IMG/VR virus record: IMGVR_UViG_3300032117_000008
Direction: 5' to 3' (one strand)
DNA: 64,000 bases
Source: an uncultured virus (IMG/VR IMGVR_UViG_3300032117_000008)
Taxonomy: Duplodnaviria; Heunggongvirae; Uroviricota; Caudoviricetes
Shown one piece after another: positions 9,826 to 16,950 of this stretch. Both the position numbers and the translations under genes were made by a program. Each line of letters begins with the position of its first letter. Within the stretch, counting starts at the first letter, position 1. Under the pieces are notes generated by a model. The model had not been told where the DNA came from. It was given only the letters and a program-made list of their open reading frames with translations, and did not search any database.

Positions 9826-10239
9826 GTGACGATGCATCTTTTACCGGCGTATTATACTACTACGCGAACAAAGAAAAGAAAGCCCTCTAAAAGTAAGAAA
9901 CTTGCGGAGGCAACCGCCAAACACGAAGCCTGGGTTTTGTCTATGACAAAAGGCAAAAAAGCCGATAAAAAAGCCCTTGACTTTAAATTTAAAGAGCGGT
10001 ATAATGAGTATATGAAAGTTGATCAAAGCGATTACGTTTCTTCGGGATTGTCGGGTGATGCGTCTTCCTGTGTTAAACGTGGAGTTATGACCAACTTGCA
10101 TAAAGAATCTTCTGAAGTTCAGAAACAGATTCTTGATAAGGCGAGTCGGGTTATGCCCCTCTTTAATAAAGGTGGATTGCAATACGCGACGCCGGAAACT
10201 GATTTGACAACAGTCGGCTCTAAATCAAGAAGGGGCTGA
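9826..10239 (+). CDS. Conserved T4-like hypothetical basic protein
   Basis: AGGAGG RBS; MHLLPAYYTT and PLFNKGGLQY motifs. Confidence 0.65.
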   Translation: MTMHLLPAYYTTTRTKKRKPSKSKKLAEATAKHEAWVLSMTKGKKADKKALDFKFKERYNEYMKVDQSDYVSSGLSGDASSCVKRGVMTNLHKESSEVQKQILDKASRVMPLFNKGGLQYATPETDLTTVGSKSRRG

Positions 10240-10257
10240 TGAAAGTCAAAAAAATAT

Positions 10258-10286
10258 TTGACTTTTAATAAATCTCGAGTTATAAT
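10258..10286 (+). promoter_or_regulatory. Sigma70-like promoter
   Basis: TTGACT-N17-TATAAT. Confidence 0.75.
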
Positions 10287-10313
10287 GACTAAATAATGAA
10301 ACAGGAGAAAAGA

Positions 10314-10571
10314 ATGAATTCAAAGATTGATAAGGTATATACAGCGTTGGTCCTTAACGGCGAAGAGCTTACTGCTAAGCAGATTTCTGCTCGTTATAAC
10401 GTCGCTAATCCACATGATGTTGTATACTCTCTTCGTATGGAAGGGTATCCGATTTACTGTAATAAGCATACGAATTCTAAAGGCGTGGTAAAAAACAAGT
10501 ACCGTTTCGGTACACCGTCACGCCAAGTTATCGCCGCAGGATACAAGGCTATTGCGGCTGGTCTCGTCTAA
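10314..10571 (+). CDS. Winged-helix DNA-binding protein
   Basis: GEELTAKQISARY...VYSLRMEGYPIY; YRFGTPSR. Confidence 0.65.
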   Translation: MNSKIDKVYTALVLNGEELTAKQISARYNVANPHDVVYSLRMEGYPIYCNKHTNSKGVVKNKYRFGTPSRQVIAAGYKAIAAGLV

Positions 10572-10596
10572 AAGGTTCTAGAAATAGAACTTCTTA

Positions 10597-10623
10597 AGGC
10601 GGGGCGAAATCCCCGCCTTTTTT
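10597..10623 (+). terminator. Rho-independent terminator
   Basis: AAGGCGGGG/CCCCGCCTT stem followed by a T-run. Confidence 0.8.
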
Positions 10624-10641
10624 AATGAGTAAAATTAGGGG

Positions 10642-10670
10642 TTGACTTTAAATCGCTCCTAAGATAATAT
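10642..10670 (+). promoter_or_regulatory. Promoter for the ncRNA/tRNA cluster
   Basis: TTGACT-N17-TAATAT. Confidence 0.6.
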
Positions 10671-10708
10671 AAGTTTATAGGCTGTTTGACATTGTTAGGA
10701 ATTACGTT

Positions 10709-10830
10709 GAAACAACTTCGGTTGTTTCTTCGTCAGCGTCACGAGTATTAGTTCTTTAGAACGTCGTGACCTTGAATCCGAAGGGCTTGCTCGAAACAAG
10801 CGTATTCGTGACGCTGACGAAGAAACAATT
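10709..10830 (+). ncRNA. Structured RNA: long stem closing a three-hairpin junction
   Basis: 10720-10747 pairs with 10803-10830 (28 bp including G-U); three internal hairpins. Confidence 0.6.
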
Positions 10831-10889
10831 ATTAAGCTGGACAGATGTCCTTGATCTGAACAAAAAGAGTCGTCAGAGCTTAATGTGTT

Positions 10890-10965
10890 GGACCCATAGC
10901 ACAATTGGTGGTGCAAGTGACTTTTAATCTCTAGGTTCTCGGTTCGAATCCGAGTGGGTCCTCCA
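10890..10965 (+). tRNA. tRNA-Lys(UUU)
   Basis: Cloverleaf, loop CTTTTAA, CCA. Confidence 0.9.
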
Positions 10966-10986
10966 ATTACTACGTAAGAAAATTTA

Positions 10987-11063
10987 CGGGGATTAGCACA
11001 GCTTGATAGTGCGCTCGGTTTGGGACCGAGAGGTCGCAGGTTCGAATCCTGCATCCCCGACCA
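10987..11063 (+). tRNA. tRNA-Pro(UGG)
   Basis: Cloverleaf, loop TTTGGGA, CCA. Confidence 0.92.
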
Positions 11064-11068
11064 TTAAT

Positions 11069-11152
11069 GCCGAGACCGCCTAAGTGGCCGGGCACCCGAC
11101 TGTAAATCGGACGTTTATAACACGGTAGGTTCGAATCCTACTCTCGGCACCA
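11069..11152 (+). tRNA. tRNA-Tyr(GUA)
   Basis: Loop CTGTAAA, long variable arm, CCA. Confidence 0.88.
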
Positions 11153-11158
11153 GTTTAT

Positions 11159-11237
11159 GGACCATTAGCTGAGTTGGTTTTAGCGGGAGACTCTTAATCT
11201 CTGTCATACATCAGTTCGAATCTGATATGGTCTACCA
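11159..11237 (+). tRNA. tRNA-Lys(CUU)
   Basis: Loop CTCTTAA, CCA. Confidence 0.88.
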
Positions 11238-11241
11238 ATCG

Positions 11242-11249
11242 TATAAATA
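11242..11249 (+). promoter_or_regulatory. T4-type late promoter
   Basis: TATAAATA; further + strand copies at 12550, 13161, 15116, 16337, 18942. Confidence 0.7.
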
Positions 11250-11285
11250 ATAATATTGATCAATATACTTAAAGGTGAACAAATT

Positions 11286-11957
11286 ATGGCAGATCAAATT
11301 TCTAATTTACAAGGCGATCAAGCCTTATTCTATACTTTCCCTAATAACGGTGTTGTATTTCATAGAGTTCCTGAAGATATAATGTCTAAGGTTCGTGAAG
11401 TAACCGACGGCGCTGTTGAGAAAGAGTTTGAAGGTTCTGTAGAAGCTGGTTATAAACTTACTGCAAACATTTCAAGAGAATATGACTTTACAAAAGAACT
11501 TTCTCCAGTTTTGTTGGATTATATTAATAGCTTGATAGATTTACACAATCATAGATCGCAACCGCATTTTATCAACGAAGTAGTTAACGTTGCTTCGCAT
11601 CCAAGACGGTTTAAGTTTAAAGACGTTTGGGCTAACTTCCAAAAGAAGCACGAATTTCATCCTCATCATATTCATGGTGGTGTTTATTCTTTCGTTATCT
11701 GGACGAAGATACCTTATAATATTCAAGATGAAATAGCGGTTTTTCCAAAGGCCACTCTTAAGTGTGCTTCAATGTTTGTCTTTTATTACACAGATATTCT
11801 TGGTCAAGTTAGAAGTCATCCTATTCCGGTCGATCATCCTTATGAAGGTATAATTTGTCTGTTCCCCAAAGGATTAGGTCATTCAGTTAACCCTTTCTAC
11901 ACTTCAGATGATTATAGAATTGCGGTATCGGGCGATATCGTTATGGATACGGATTAA
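11286..11957 (+). CDS. Putative 2OG-Fe(II) oxygenase (phage type)
   Basis: WANFQKKHEFHPHHIH, HSVNPF, RIAVSG. Confidence 0.75.
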   Translation: MADQISNLQGDQALFYTFPNNGVVFHRVPEDIMSKVREVTDGAVEKEFEGSVEAGYKLTANISREYDFTKELSPVLLDYINSLIDLHNHRSQPHFINEVVNVASHPRRFKFKDVWANFQKKHEFHPHHIHGGVYSFVIWTKIPYNIQDEIAVFPKATLKCASMFVFYYTDILGQVRSHPIPVDHPYEGIICLFPKGLGHSVNPFYTSDDYRIAVSGDIVMDTD

Positions 11958-11969
11958 TAGGAGTTATAT

Positions 11970-12554
11970 ATGGAACATTTTTATCAGAACGTTGAAGGTT
12001 GGTTTAATTATCCGGATATGTTTAAGTATGCAGTTGATACTGCGCCCGACAAGGCTCATTTCGTTGAAATAGGTACTTGGAAAGGTCAGAGCTCTGCTTT
12101 TTTGGCTGTAGAAATTATCAATAGCGGTAAAGATATTAAGTTAGATTGTATCGATAATTTTACCGGATCTGTTATCGAACCTGGTCAGATGTTTGATCCG
12201 GACAATAAGGCGGGTCGTTTGTTGGGTGTTTTTAAGGATAATATGAGGCCTGTTGTTGGTCATTACGAAGCAATTAAGGGAGATAGCACAGAATCGGCTA
12301 GTCTTTACGAAGATGAGTCTTTGGATTTTGTCTTTATTGACGCTTCTCACGATTATGAATCTTTTCGTAAAGACCTTTTGGCTTGGTTTCCAAAAGTTAA
12401 AGTTGGTGGTTTGTTGGCTGGACACGATTTCGCAGATCCTTATCAAGGAATTATGAAGGCTGTTAGAGACCATCTCGTTAACGAGAAAGTCGGAGTAACA
12501 CCTTCTACTTGTTGGTTTTGCTTCAAGACGCAAAAGGTTCTCGCTAACGTATAA
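11970..12554 (+). CDS. Class I SAM-dependent methyltransferase (Methyltransf_24-like)
   Basis: VEIGTWKGQS, FVFIDASHDY, GGLLAGHD. Confidence 0.85.
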   Translation: MEHFYQNVEGWFNYPDMFKYAVDTAPDKAHFVEIGTWKGQSSAFLAVEIINSGKDIKLDCIDNFTGSVIEPGQMFDPDNKAGRLLGVFKDNMRPVVGHYEAIKGDSTESASLYEDESLDFVFIDASHDYESFRKDLLAWFPKVKVGGLLAGHDFADPYQGIMKAVRDHLVNEKVGVTPSTCWFCFKTQKVLANV

Positions 12555-12566
12555 ATAAAGTTTTAT

Positions 12567-12645
12567 TCCTGTCAATCCGAGCTTGGTGCATGGACGTGGC
12601 TGTTAACCACTGATTAGGTAGGTTCGATCCCTACGACAGGAGCCA
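12567..12645 (+). tRNA. tRNA-Asn(GUU)
   Basis: Loop CTGTTAA, CCA. Confidence 0.88.
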
Positions 12646-12650
12646 ATAAT

Positions 12651-12724
12651 GGGGGCGTAAGCTAACGGTAAACTGACGCTTTTGCACGGCGTACTTGAGA
12701 GTTCGATTCTCTCCGTCTCCACCA
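12651..12724 (+). tRNA. tRNA-Ala(UGC)
   Basis: Loop TTTGCAC, G3:U70, CCA. Confidence 0.88.
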
Positions 12725-12748
12725 ATCTAAAAACATAAAGGATATATT

Positions 12749-12880
12749 ATGGATTATGAGAAGCTTAAAAAAGTTTTGTTTGTTTTAATAATGCTTAAGA
12801 ATAAACATATAGAAGATGAAAAAACCATAACTTGTATTGAAGAGGCTATTTCATATATAAACGAGTCTTTGGGAATTTAA
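12749..12880 (+). CDS. 43-aa hypothetical protein (MDYEKLKK...)
   Basis: AAAGGA RBS; below the ORF-track cutoff. Confidence 0.45.
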   Translation: MDYEKLKKVLFVLIMLKNKHIEDEKTITCIEEAISYINESLGI

Positions 12881-12882
12881 AT

Positions 12883-13164
12883 TCATATGGTCGCTCAGTT
12901 GCTAGGAAGCTCGTAGCTTGGTAAAGGAGAAATCTAGAATCTCTACCATATGATAATTAAGGTTTGTCGCTTAATAGACACGCGCCGACCCACGGTTAGT
13001 CGGTAATTCCGGGCTGAAAAGTTCCGAGTCTAGGATGGTGGTCCTAATGTTCTAAAACCACAGCGAATTATAATTATCGTGTCTAGCAGACGTGCGAAAA
13101 TTCTGTGAAGGTGAATAGGGAAGTCGCGCTCCCAAAGGGCTGGAGAACTGATACGATAATTATA
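12883..13164 (+). ncRNA. Run of stem-closed structured elements of unknown class
   Basis: Closing stems 12883-91/12945-53, 12967-71/13062-66, 13069-83/13150-64; internal hairpins; no ORF. Confidence 0.45.
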
Positions 13165-13195
13165 AATATAAATCAACGTAATATTAAAGATAAAA

Positions 13196-13831
13196 ATGCT
13201 ACTTTGTACTTTTTGTAATAAAGAATGTAAAAATAATAATTCTTTGAGAAATCATCAAAGAATGTGTAAATTAAATCCCGATCGTAAAATTAGAATTTAT
13301 GATTTTAGCATCAGAAAACATTCTAATCAATATAAAAAGGCTAAAGAATTAGGTTTACAAAAACCTAAAATATCCAAAGAAGCTTTAGAAAGAATAGCTG
13401 ATACAAATCGAAAAAGAGGTCAAACAGAATCTGTAAAAATAAAGATGAGTAAGCTTGCTAAAGAAAGAGGATTGGGTGGCGTTTCACAATCTAGAAGAAT
13501 AAGATATAAAGATAAAATTCTTGGTTCAACATATGAATTGATTGTTGCACAATCATTAGACGAGAATAATATAAGATGGGATACTTGTAAAAAATTTAAT
13601 TATGTTGATAGAAATGGTAAGCATAGAACATATACTCCAGATATGTATTTGATTGATTATAATATATATTTGGACCCAAAAAACGATTATTTGATCAATA
13701 ACAATAATCCCAGTTTAGGATTTTCTGATGAAGAAAAAATAAATAAAGTTTGTGATCAAAATAAGATTAAAGTGTTAATCTTGAATAAGAACCAACTATG
13801 TTGGAATGAAATAATTAAATTGCTGAAGTAG
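13196..13831 (+). CDS. Zn-finger plus PD-(D/E)xK putative homing endonuclease
   Basis: CxxC...HxxxC N-terminus; YTPDMYL...YLDPK; own late promoter at 13161. Confidence 0.7.
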   Translation: MLLCTFCNKECKNNNSLRNHQRMCKLNPDRKIRIYDFSIRKHSNQYKKAKELGLQKPKISKEALERIADTNRKRGQTESVKIKMSKLAKERGLGGVSQSRRIRYKDKILGSTYELIVAQSLDENNIRWDTCKKFNYVDRNGKHRTYTPDMYLIDYNIYLDPKNDYLINNNNPSLGFSDEEKINKVCDQNKIKVLILNKNQLCWNEIIKLLK

Positions 13832-13898
13832 CTTTAATTGGTAGAGCAGCGCACTTGTAATGCGAAGGTTGAGGGTTCGAGTCCTTTCTTCAGCACCA
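13822..13898 (+). tRNA. tRNA-Thr(UGU)
   Basis: Loop CTTGTAA, CCA. Confidence 0.92.
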
Positions 13899-13963
13899 TA
13901 TTAAAAGGAAACAAAAAATGATGCGAGTACAATGGATTTTGTTGTTTGCTAGATAAATTTTAT

Positions 13964-14036
13964 TGCGGGGTAGTGGAAAAGTGCCATGCTAGCCTCATAA
14001 GCTAGAGAACTGGAGCGTCACCAGCGACCGCAACCA
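13964..14036 (+). tRNA. tRNA-Met(CAU), atypical (T-loop AGCGTCA, weak acceptor stem)
   Basis: CTAGC-CTCATAA-GCTAG arm, CCA. Confidence 0.7.
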
Positions 14037-14043
14037 AATTAAT

Positions 14044-14117
14044 GGTCCTATTGCCGTCAGGGAAGGCTACCCGCTGTCTACGGGTAAAGGAGGGTTCGAG
14101 TCCCTTTAGGATCGCCA
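14044..14117 (+). tRNA. tRNA-Asp(GUC)
   Basis: Loop CTGTCTA, G73, CCA. Confidence 0.9.
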
Positions 14118-14123
14118 TTATAT

Positions 14124-14199
14124 TGGGGATTAGTTCAGTTGGTAGAACGCCAGACTCTGAATCTGGATGTCCGAGGTTCGAGTCCTTGATCCCCAGCCA
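14124..14199 (+). tRNA. tRNA-Gln(CUG)
   Basis: Loop CTCTGAA, CCA. Confidence 0.92.
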
Positions 14200-14215
14200 A
14201 TTAAAGGATTTTGAT

Positions 14216-14422
14216 ATGACTGACGTAATCGTTCAATATAATTATGATATGAAACAACATACTCGTGTTGTTCGTAATGTCGAAATTGTTAATGATGTCT
14301 TCAATTTATTTGAACAAAATTATCCAGAATATCGCATCTATCGTATTATGGAAATGGATACAACCATATGGTATGGTCAACCAACTCCTAGTGATCCAAG
14401 AATAGAATATATTGGTGCCTGA
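14216..14422 (+). CDS. Hypothetical protein (stop codon inside tRNA-Cys)
   Basis: AAAGGA RBS, MTDVIVQY... Confidence 0.5.
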   Translation: MTDVIVQYNYDMKQHTRVVRNVEIVNDVFNLFEQNYPEYRIYRIMEMDTTIWYGQPTPSDPRIEYIGA

Positions 14423-14488
14423 GTAGGATGGCAATGCACAGGTCTGCAAAACCTTGAGAACCCAGTTCGATTCTGGGAGGCACCTCCA
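14414..14488 (+). tRNA. tRNA-Cys(GCA)
   Basis: Loop CTGCAAA, U73, CCA. Confidence 0.88.
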
Positions 14489-14497
14489 TAGAAAGTC

Positions 14498-14821
14498 TTG
14501 TATATGAAATATTATGATTATATCAATTCAAAAGAATGGCAAAAAAAGAGAAAAGATTTCTACTCTTCAAATTTATATAAACAAATAAAAGGCGAAGGAA
14601 AATGGAATTGTTATTGTTGCCAAGCGTCTAACGTCCCATTAGATTTACATCATAGAACATATAAACGTCTTGGAAATGAACATATAGGTATAGATTTAGT
14701 TCCTGTCTGTAGAAATTGTCATAATGAAATTCATAAACTTGAAAAAAGTGGGGTACAGCTTTGGAAAGCTACGAAAAAAATAAAAAATAAAAGAAAAAGG
14801 TCAGTTAGCTCAACTGAATAG
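14498..14821 (+). CDS. HNH endonuclease
   Basis: CYCC...LDLHHRTY...VCRNCH. Confidence 0.8.
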   Translation: MYMKYYDYINSKEWQKKRKDFYSSNLYKQIKGEGKWNCYCCQASNVPLDLHHRTYKRLGNEHIGIDLVPVCRNCHNEIHKLEKSGVQLWKATKKIKNKRKRSVSSTE

Positions 14822-14875
14822 AGCATCGCGCTACGAACGCGAAGGTTGAGGGTTTGAGTCCTTCACTGACCTCCA
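14799..14875 (+). tRNA. tRNA-Arg(ACG)
   Basis: Loop CTACGAA, CCA. Confidence 0.9.
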
Positions 14876-14880
14876 TTTAA

Positions 14881-14950
14881 ATTGCTGTCGGTGTTGATGG
14901 GAAACACTATTTCGACAAGAGAATAACGCCGTTCGAATCGGAGCAGCAGT
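14881..14950 (+). pseudogene. Degenerate tRNA-like element
   Basis: ATTGCTG/CAGCAGT stem, GTGT/ACAC D-arm, CCG-TTCGAAT-CGG T-arm; no CCA. Confidence 0.55.
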
Positions 14951-14952
14951 AT

Positions 14953-15023
14953 GCGGGGGTGATGTAGTGGTAGCCTGTTACCTTGCCAAGGTAATCGTAC
15001 GAGTTCGATTCTCGTTCCCCGCT
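14953..15023 (+). tRNA. tRNA-Gly(GCC), CCA not encoded
   Basis: Loop TTGCCAA, U73. Confidence 0.85.
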
Positions 15024-15024
15024 C

Positions 15025-15099
15025 GCGTCGGTAGTATAGTGGTTATTATTCTTGGCTTCCAACCAAGAGATGCGGGTTCGATTCCCGCTCGACGCTCCA
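15025..15099 (+). tRNA. tRNA-Gly(UCC)
   Basis: Loop CTTCCAA, U73, CCA. Confidence 0.9.
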
Positions 15100-15156
15100 C
15101 TGAAAAACGAACTTTTATAAATAACTTTATATAAAAGTTACTTTGGAGGTTCAAAA

Positions 15157-15669
15157 ATGTTATGTGAATATTGTAAAGAAACTCATTCAGGTGAATATGG
15201 TTCTGGAAGATTTTGTTGTAAAAAATGTGCTTCGGCTTTTTCTACTTTCTCAAAAAGAAAAGAAATTAATTTAAAAGTTAGTGAAAAATTAATTGGAAGA
15301 TCTCCATCCAATAAAGGAAAGAAACAAAGTCAAGAACATATTGAAAAACGCCTTTCCGCAATAAATGAAGAAACTAGAAACCGTATATCAGAAAAAGTAA
15401 AAAAGAAAAGAGAAAATTTGTATTTGTCAAAAATGTTTGAAGATCTTAGTTCTGGTCAAAAAAGAAGAAGAGTTTTTGAAGAACAAAACTTTAAATGTAA
15501 TAACTGTGGAATATTTGAGTGGTTAGGTCAACCCATAAAACTTGAATTAGAACATAAAGATGGCAATACGAATAATAACGATAGAAATAATTTAGAAGGT
15601 CTTTGCCCAAATTGCCATTCATTTACAATGACATGGAGAAAAAGAAAATCTGCGCTTGTGGTGGAATAG
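15157..15669 (+). CDS. HNH homing endonuclease
   Basis: CNNC...LELEHKDGN..NN...NLEGLCPNCH; late promoter at 15116. Confidence 0.85.
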   Translation: MLCEYCKETHSGEYGSGRFCCKKCASAFSTFSKRKEINLKVSEKLIGRSPSNKGKKQSQEHIEKRLSAINEETRNRISEKVKKKRENLYLSKMFEDLSSGQKRRRVFEEQNFKCNNCGIFEWLGQPIKLELEHKDGNTNNNDRNNLEGLCPNCHSFTMTWRKRKSALVVE

Positions 15670-15732
15670 GTAGACACGCCAGTCTTAGAAACTGGTCTTC
15701 GGGTGCAAGTTCAAGTCTTGCCAGGCGCACCA
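15652..15732 (+). tRNA. tRNA-Leu(UAG)
   Basis: Loop CTTAGAA, Leu-type D arm, CCA. Confidence 0.9.
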
Positions 15733-15739
15733 TTATAAT

Positions 15740-15815
15740 GCTGTTTTAGCTCAGTTGGTAGAGCACCTGTTTAGTAATCAGGATGTCGGGAGTTCGATCC
15801 TCTCAAACAGCGCCA
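15740..15815 (+). tRNA. tRNA-Thr(AGU)
   Basis: Loop TTAGTAA, otherwise canonical cloverleaf, CCA. Confidence 0.8.
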
Positions 15816-15816
15816 A

Positions 15817-15893
15817 GCCCTTGTGACGGAATTGGTATACGTATCGGCTTCAAACTCCGAGTTTTGTAGGTTCGAGTCCTACCATGGGCACCA
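15817..15893 (+). tRNA. tRNA-Leu(CAA), short variable loop
   Basis: Loop TTCAAAC, Leu-type D arm, A73, CCA. Confidence 0.8.
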
Positions 15894-15898
15894 ATTAT

Positions 15899-15974
15899 GC
15901 TCGCTTAGTGTTGTTGGTCAGCACACTTGATTGTGGATCAGGTAGACTTGGTTCGAATCCAAGAGCGGGTACCA
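15899..15974 (+). tRNA. tRNA-His(GUG), no G-1, A73
   Basis: Loop TTGTGGA, CCA. Confidence 0.88.
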
Positions 15975-15989
15975 CTAAATACAAATAAT

Positions 15990-16067
15990 GCCGATGGGGC
16001 GGTATTGGCTATCGCATCAGATTCATATCCTGATTAAAGTGGGTTCGACGCCCACCACTCGGCACCA
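15990..16067 (+). tRNA. tRNA-Met/Ile2(CAU)
   Basis: Loop TTCATAT, CCA; bulged acceptor stem. Confidence 0.75.
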
Positions 16068-16080
16068 AATTAAGAATTGT

Positions 16081-16156
16081 TCGGGGATGGTGTAATGGTA
16101 ACATCTCGGCCTTTGACTCCGTAAGACTGCAGGTTCGACCCCTGCTCCCCGATCCA
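16081..16156 (+). tRNA. tRNA-Gln(UUG)
   Basis: Loop CTTTGAC, CCA. Confidence 0.82.
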
Positions 16157-16164
16157 AATTTAAT

Positions 16165-16240
16165 GCTTCTCTGGTGTAACTGATGTGCACGTGCGTCTGA
16201 AGAACGTGAGGATACGGTTTGATTCCGTGGGGAAGCTCCA
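16165..16240 (+). tRNA. tRNA-Phe(GAA)
   Basis: Loop CTGAAGA, CCA. Confidence 0.82.
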
Positions 16241-16245
16241 TTAAT

Positions 16246-16335
16246 GGAGAGTTGGCCGAGCGGTCTAAGGCACCTCACTGCTAACGAGACGTAGGGGAAA
16301 CTCTACCGAGAGTTCGAATCTCTCACTCTCCGCCA
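16246..16335 (+). tRNA. tRNA-Ser(GCU)
   Basis: Loop CTGCTAA, long variable arm, G73, CCA. Confidence 0.9.
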
Positions 16336-16352
16336 TTATAAATAGAAACAAT

Positions 16353-16428
16353 ACCTCGTAAGCATTTAGGGGCGATGTTTCGGTCTCCAAAACCGAAGAG
16401 CAGGGTTCGAGTCCTTGACGGGGTGCCA
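16353..16428 (+). tRNA. tRNA-Trp(CCA)
   Basis: Loop CTCCAAA, G73, CCA. Confidence 0.88.
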
Positions 16429-16437
16429 AAATAATGC

Positions 16438-16466
16438 TTGACTTTAAACAAGTCTTAGAATATACT
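16438..16466 (+). promoter_or_regulatory. Sigma70-like promoter
   Basis: TTGACT-N17-TATACT. Confidence 0.7.
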
Positions 16467-16480
16467 ATATAAAGAATAAT

Positions 16481-16570
16481 GGAAAGGTGGCCGAGTGGTT
16501 GATGGCTCTAGTCTTGAAAACTAGCGAACCTGAAAGGGTTCCGTGAGTTCGAATCTCACCCTTTCCGCCA
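16481..16570 (+). tRNA. tRNA-Ser(UGA)
   Basis: Loop CTTGAAA, long variable arm, CCA. Confidence 0.92.
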
Positions 16571-16574
16571 TTAT

Positions 16575-16651
16575 GCGACGGTCTTCTAACGGCCTAGGAA
16601 ACCTGACTTTCAATCAGGGCAATGAGGGTTCGACTCCCTTCCGTCGCGCCA
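16575..16651 (+). tRNA. tRNA-Glu(UUC)
   Basis: Loop CTTTCAA, CCA. Confidence 0.9.
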
Positions 16652-16695
16652 ATACGCCGGATTAGCACAGAGGTAGAGCAACCTAAAATAATTTT

Positions 16696-16769
16696 GGGGG
16701 ATTAACTTAAAAGTAGAGTGCCTGTTTTACAAGCAGGAAGAAGAGGAGCGTTACCTCTATCCCCTACCA
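16696..16769 (+). tRNA. tRNA-Val(UAC), nested in the interrupted tRNA
   Basis: Loop TTTACAA, T-loop AGCGTTA, CCA. Confidence 0.8.
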
Positions 16770-16910
16770 TTTCTTTAATTGACTCTAAATTAATGTGTTT
16801 TTTGCCAATAACAATTACATATATATTGTTTTGGTTTGATGCATTTATAATTTTATTAATATCTGTCTTTATAAGATATTCGTTTTTAGGGTCTAAATAT
16901 AATAAATGAG
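16768..16910 (-). pseudogene. C-terminal remnant of a PD-(D/E)xK endonuclease
   Basis: YLDPKNEYLI...KI...NQNNIYVIVI resembles YLDPKNDYLI...KINKVCDQNKIKVLIL of 13196..13831. Confidence 0.65.
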
Positions 16911-16950
16911 ATTTTAGGCGGTTCGAATCTCTCATCCGGCACCATTTAAT

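Larger units (their letters stand above)
16656..16944 (+). pseudogene. Interrupted tRNA: 5' half and 3' half flank an insertion
   Basis: GCCGGAT plus D arm at 16656; TTCGAAT...ATCCGGC-A-CCA ending at 16944. Confidence 0.7.

Noticed and set aside
10813..10827. CTGACGA..GAAAC hammerhead-like core
   Set aside because: Lies within one strand of the long helix; no stem II or cleavage-site geometry
10695..11054. 119-aa minus-strand ORF, and similar ORFs at 16009..16278 and 16023..16241
   Set aside because: Antisense shadows of tRNA and ncRNA genes
14042..14215. 5' extension of ORF 14042..14422
   Set aside because: Runs through tRNA-Asp and tRNA-Gln; the RBS supports a start at 14216
15817..15893. 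Possible UCA (opal suppressor/Sec) reading of this tRNA
   Set aside because: Stem register TCGG/CCGA centres the loop on CAA; the D arm and A73 fit Leu
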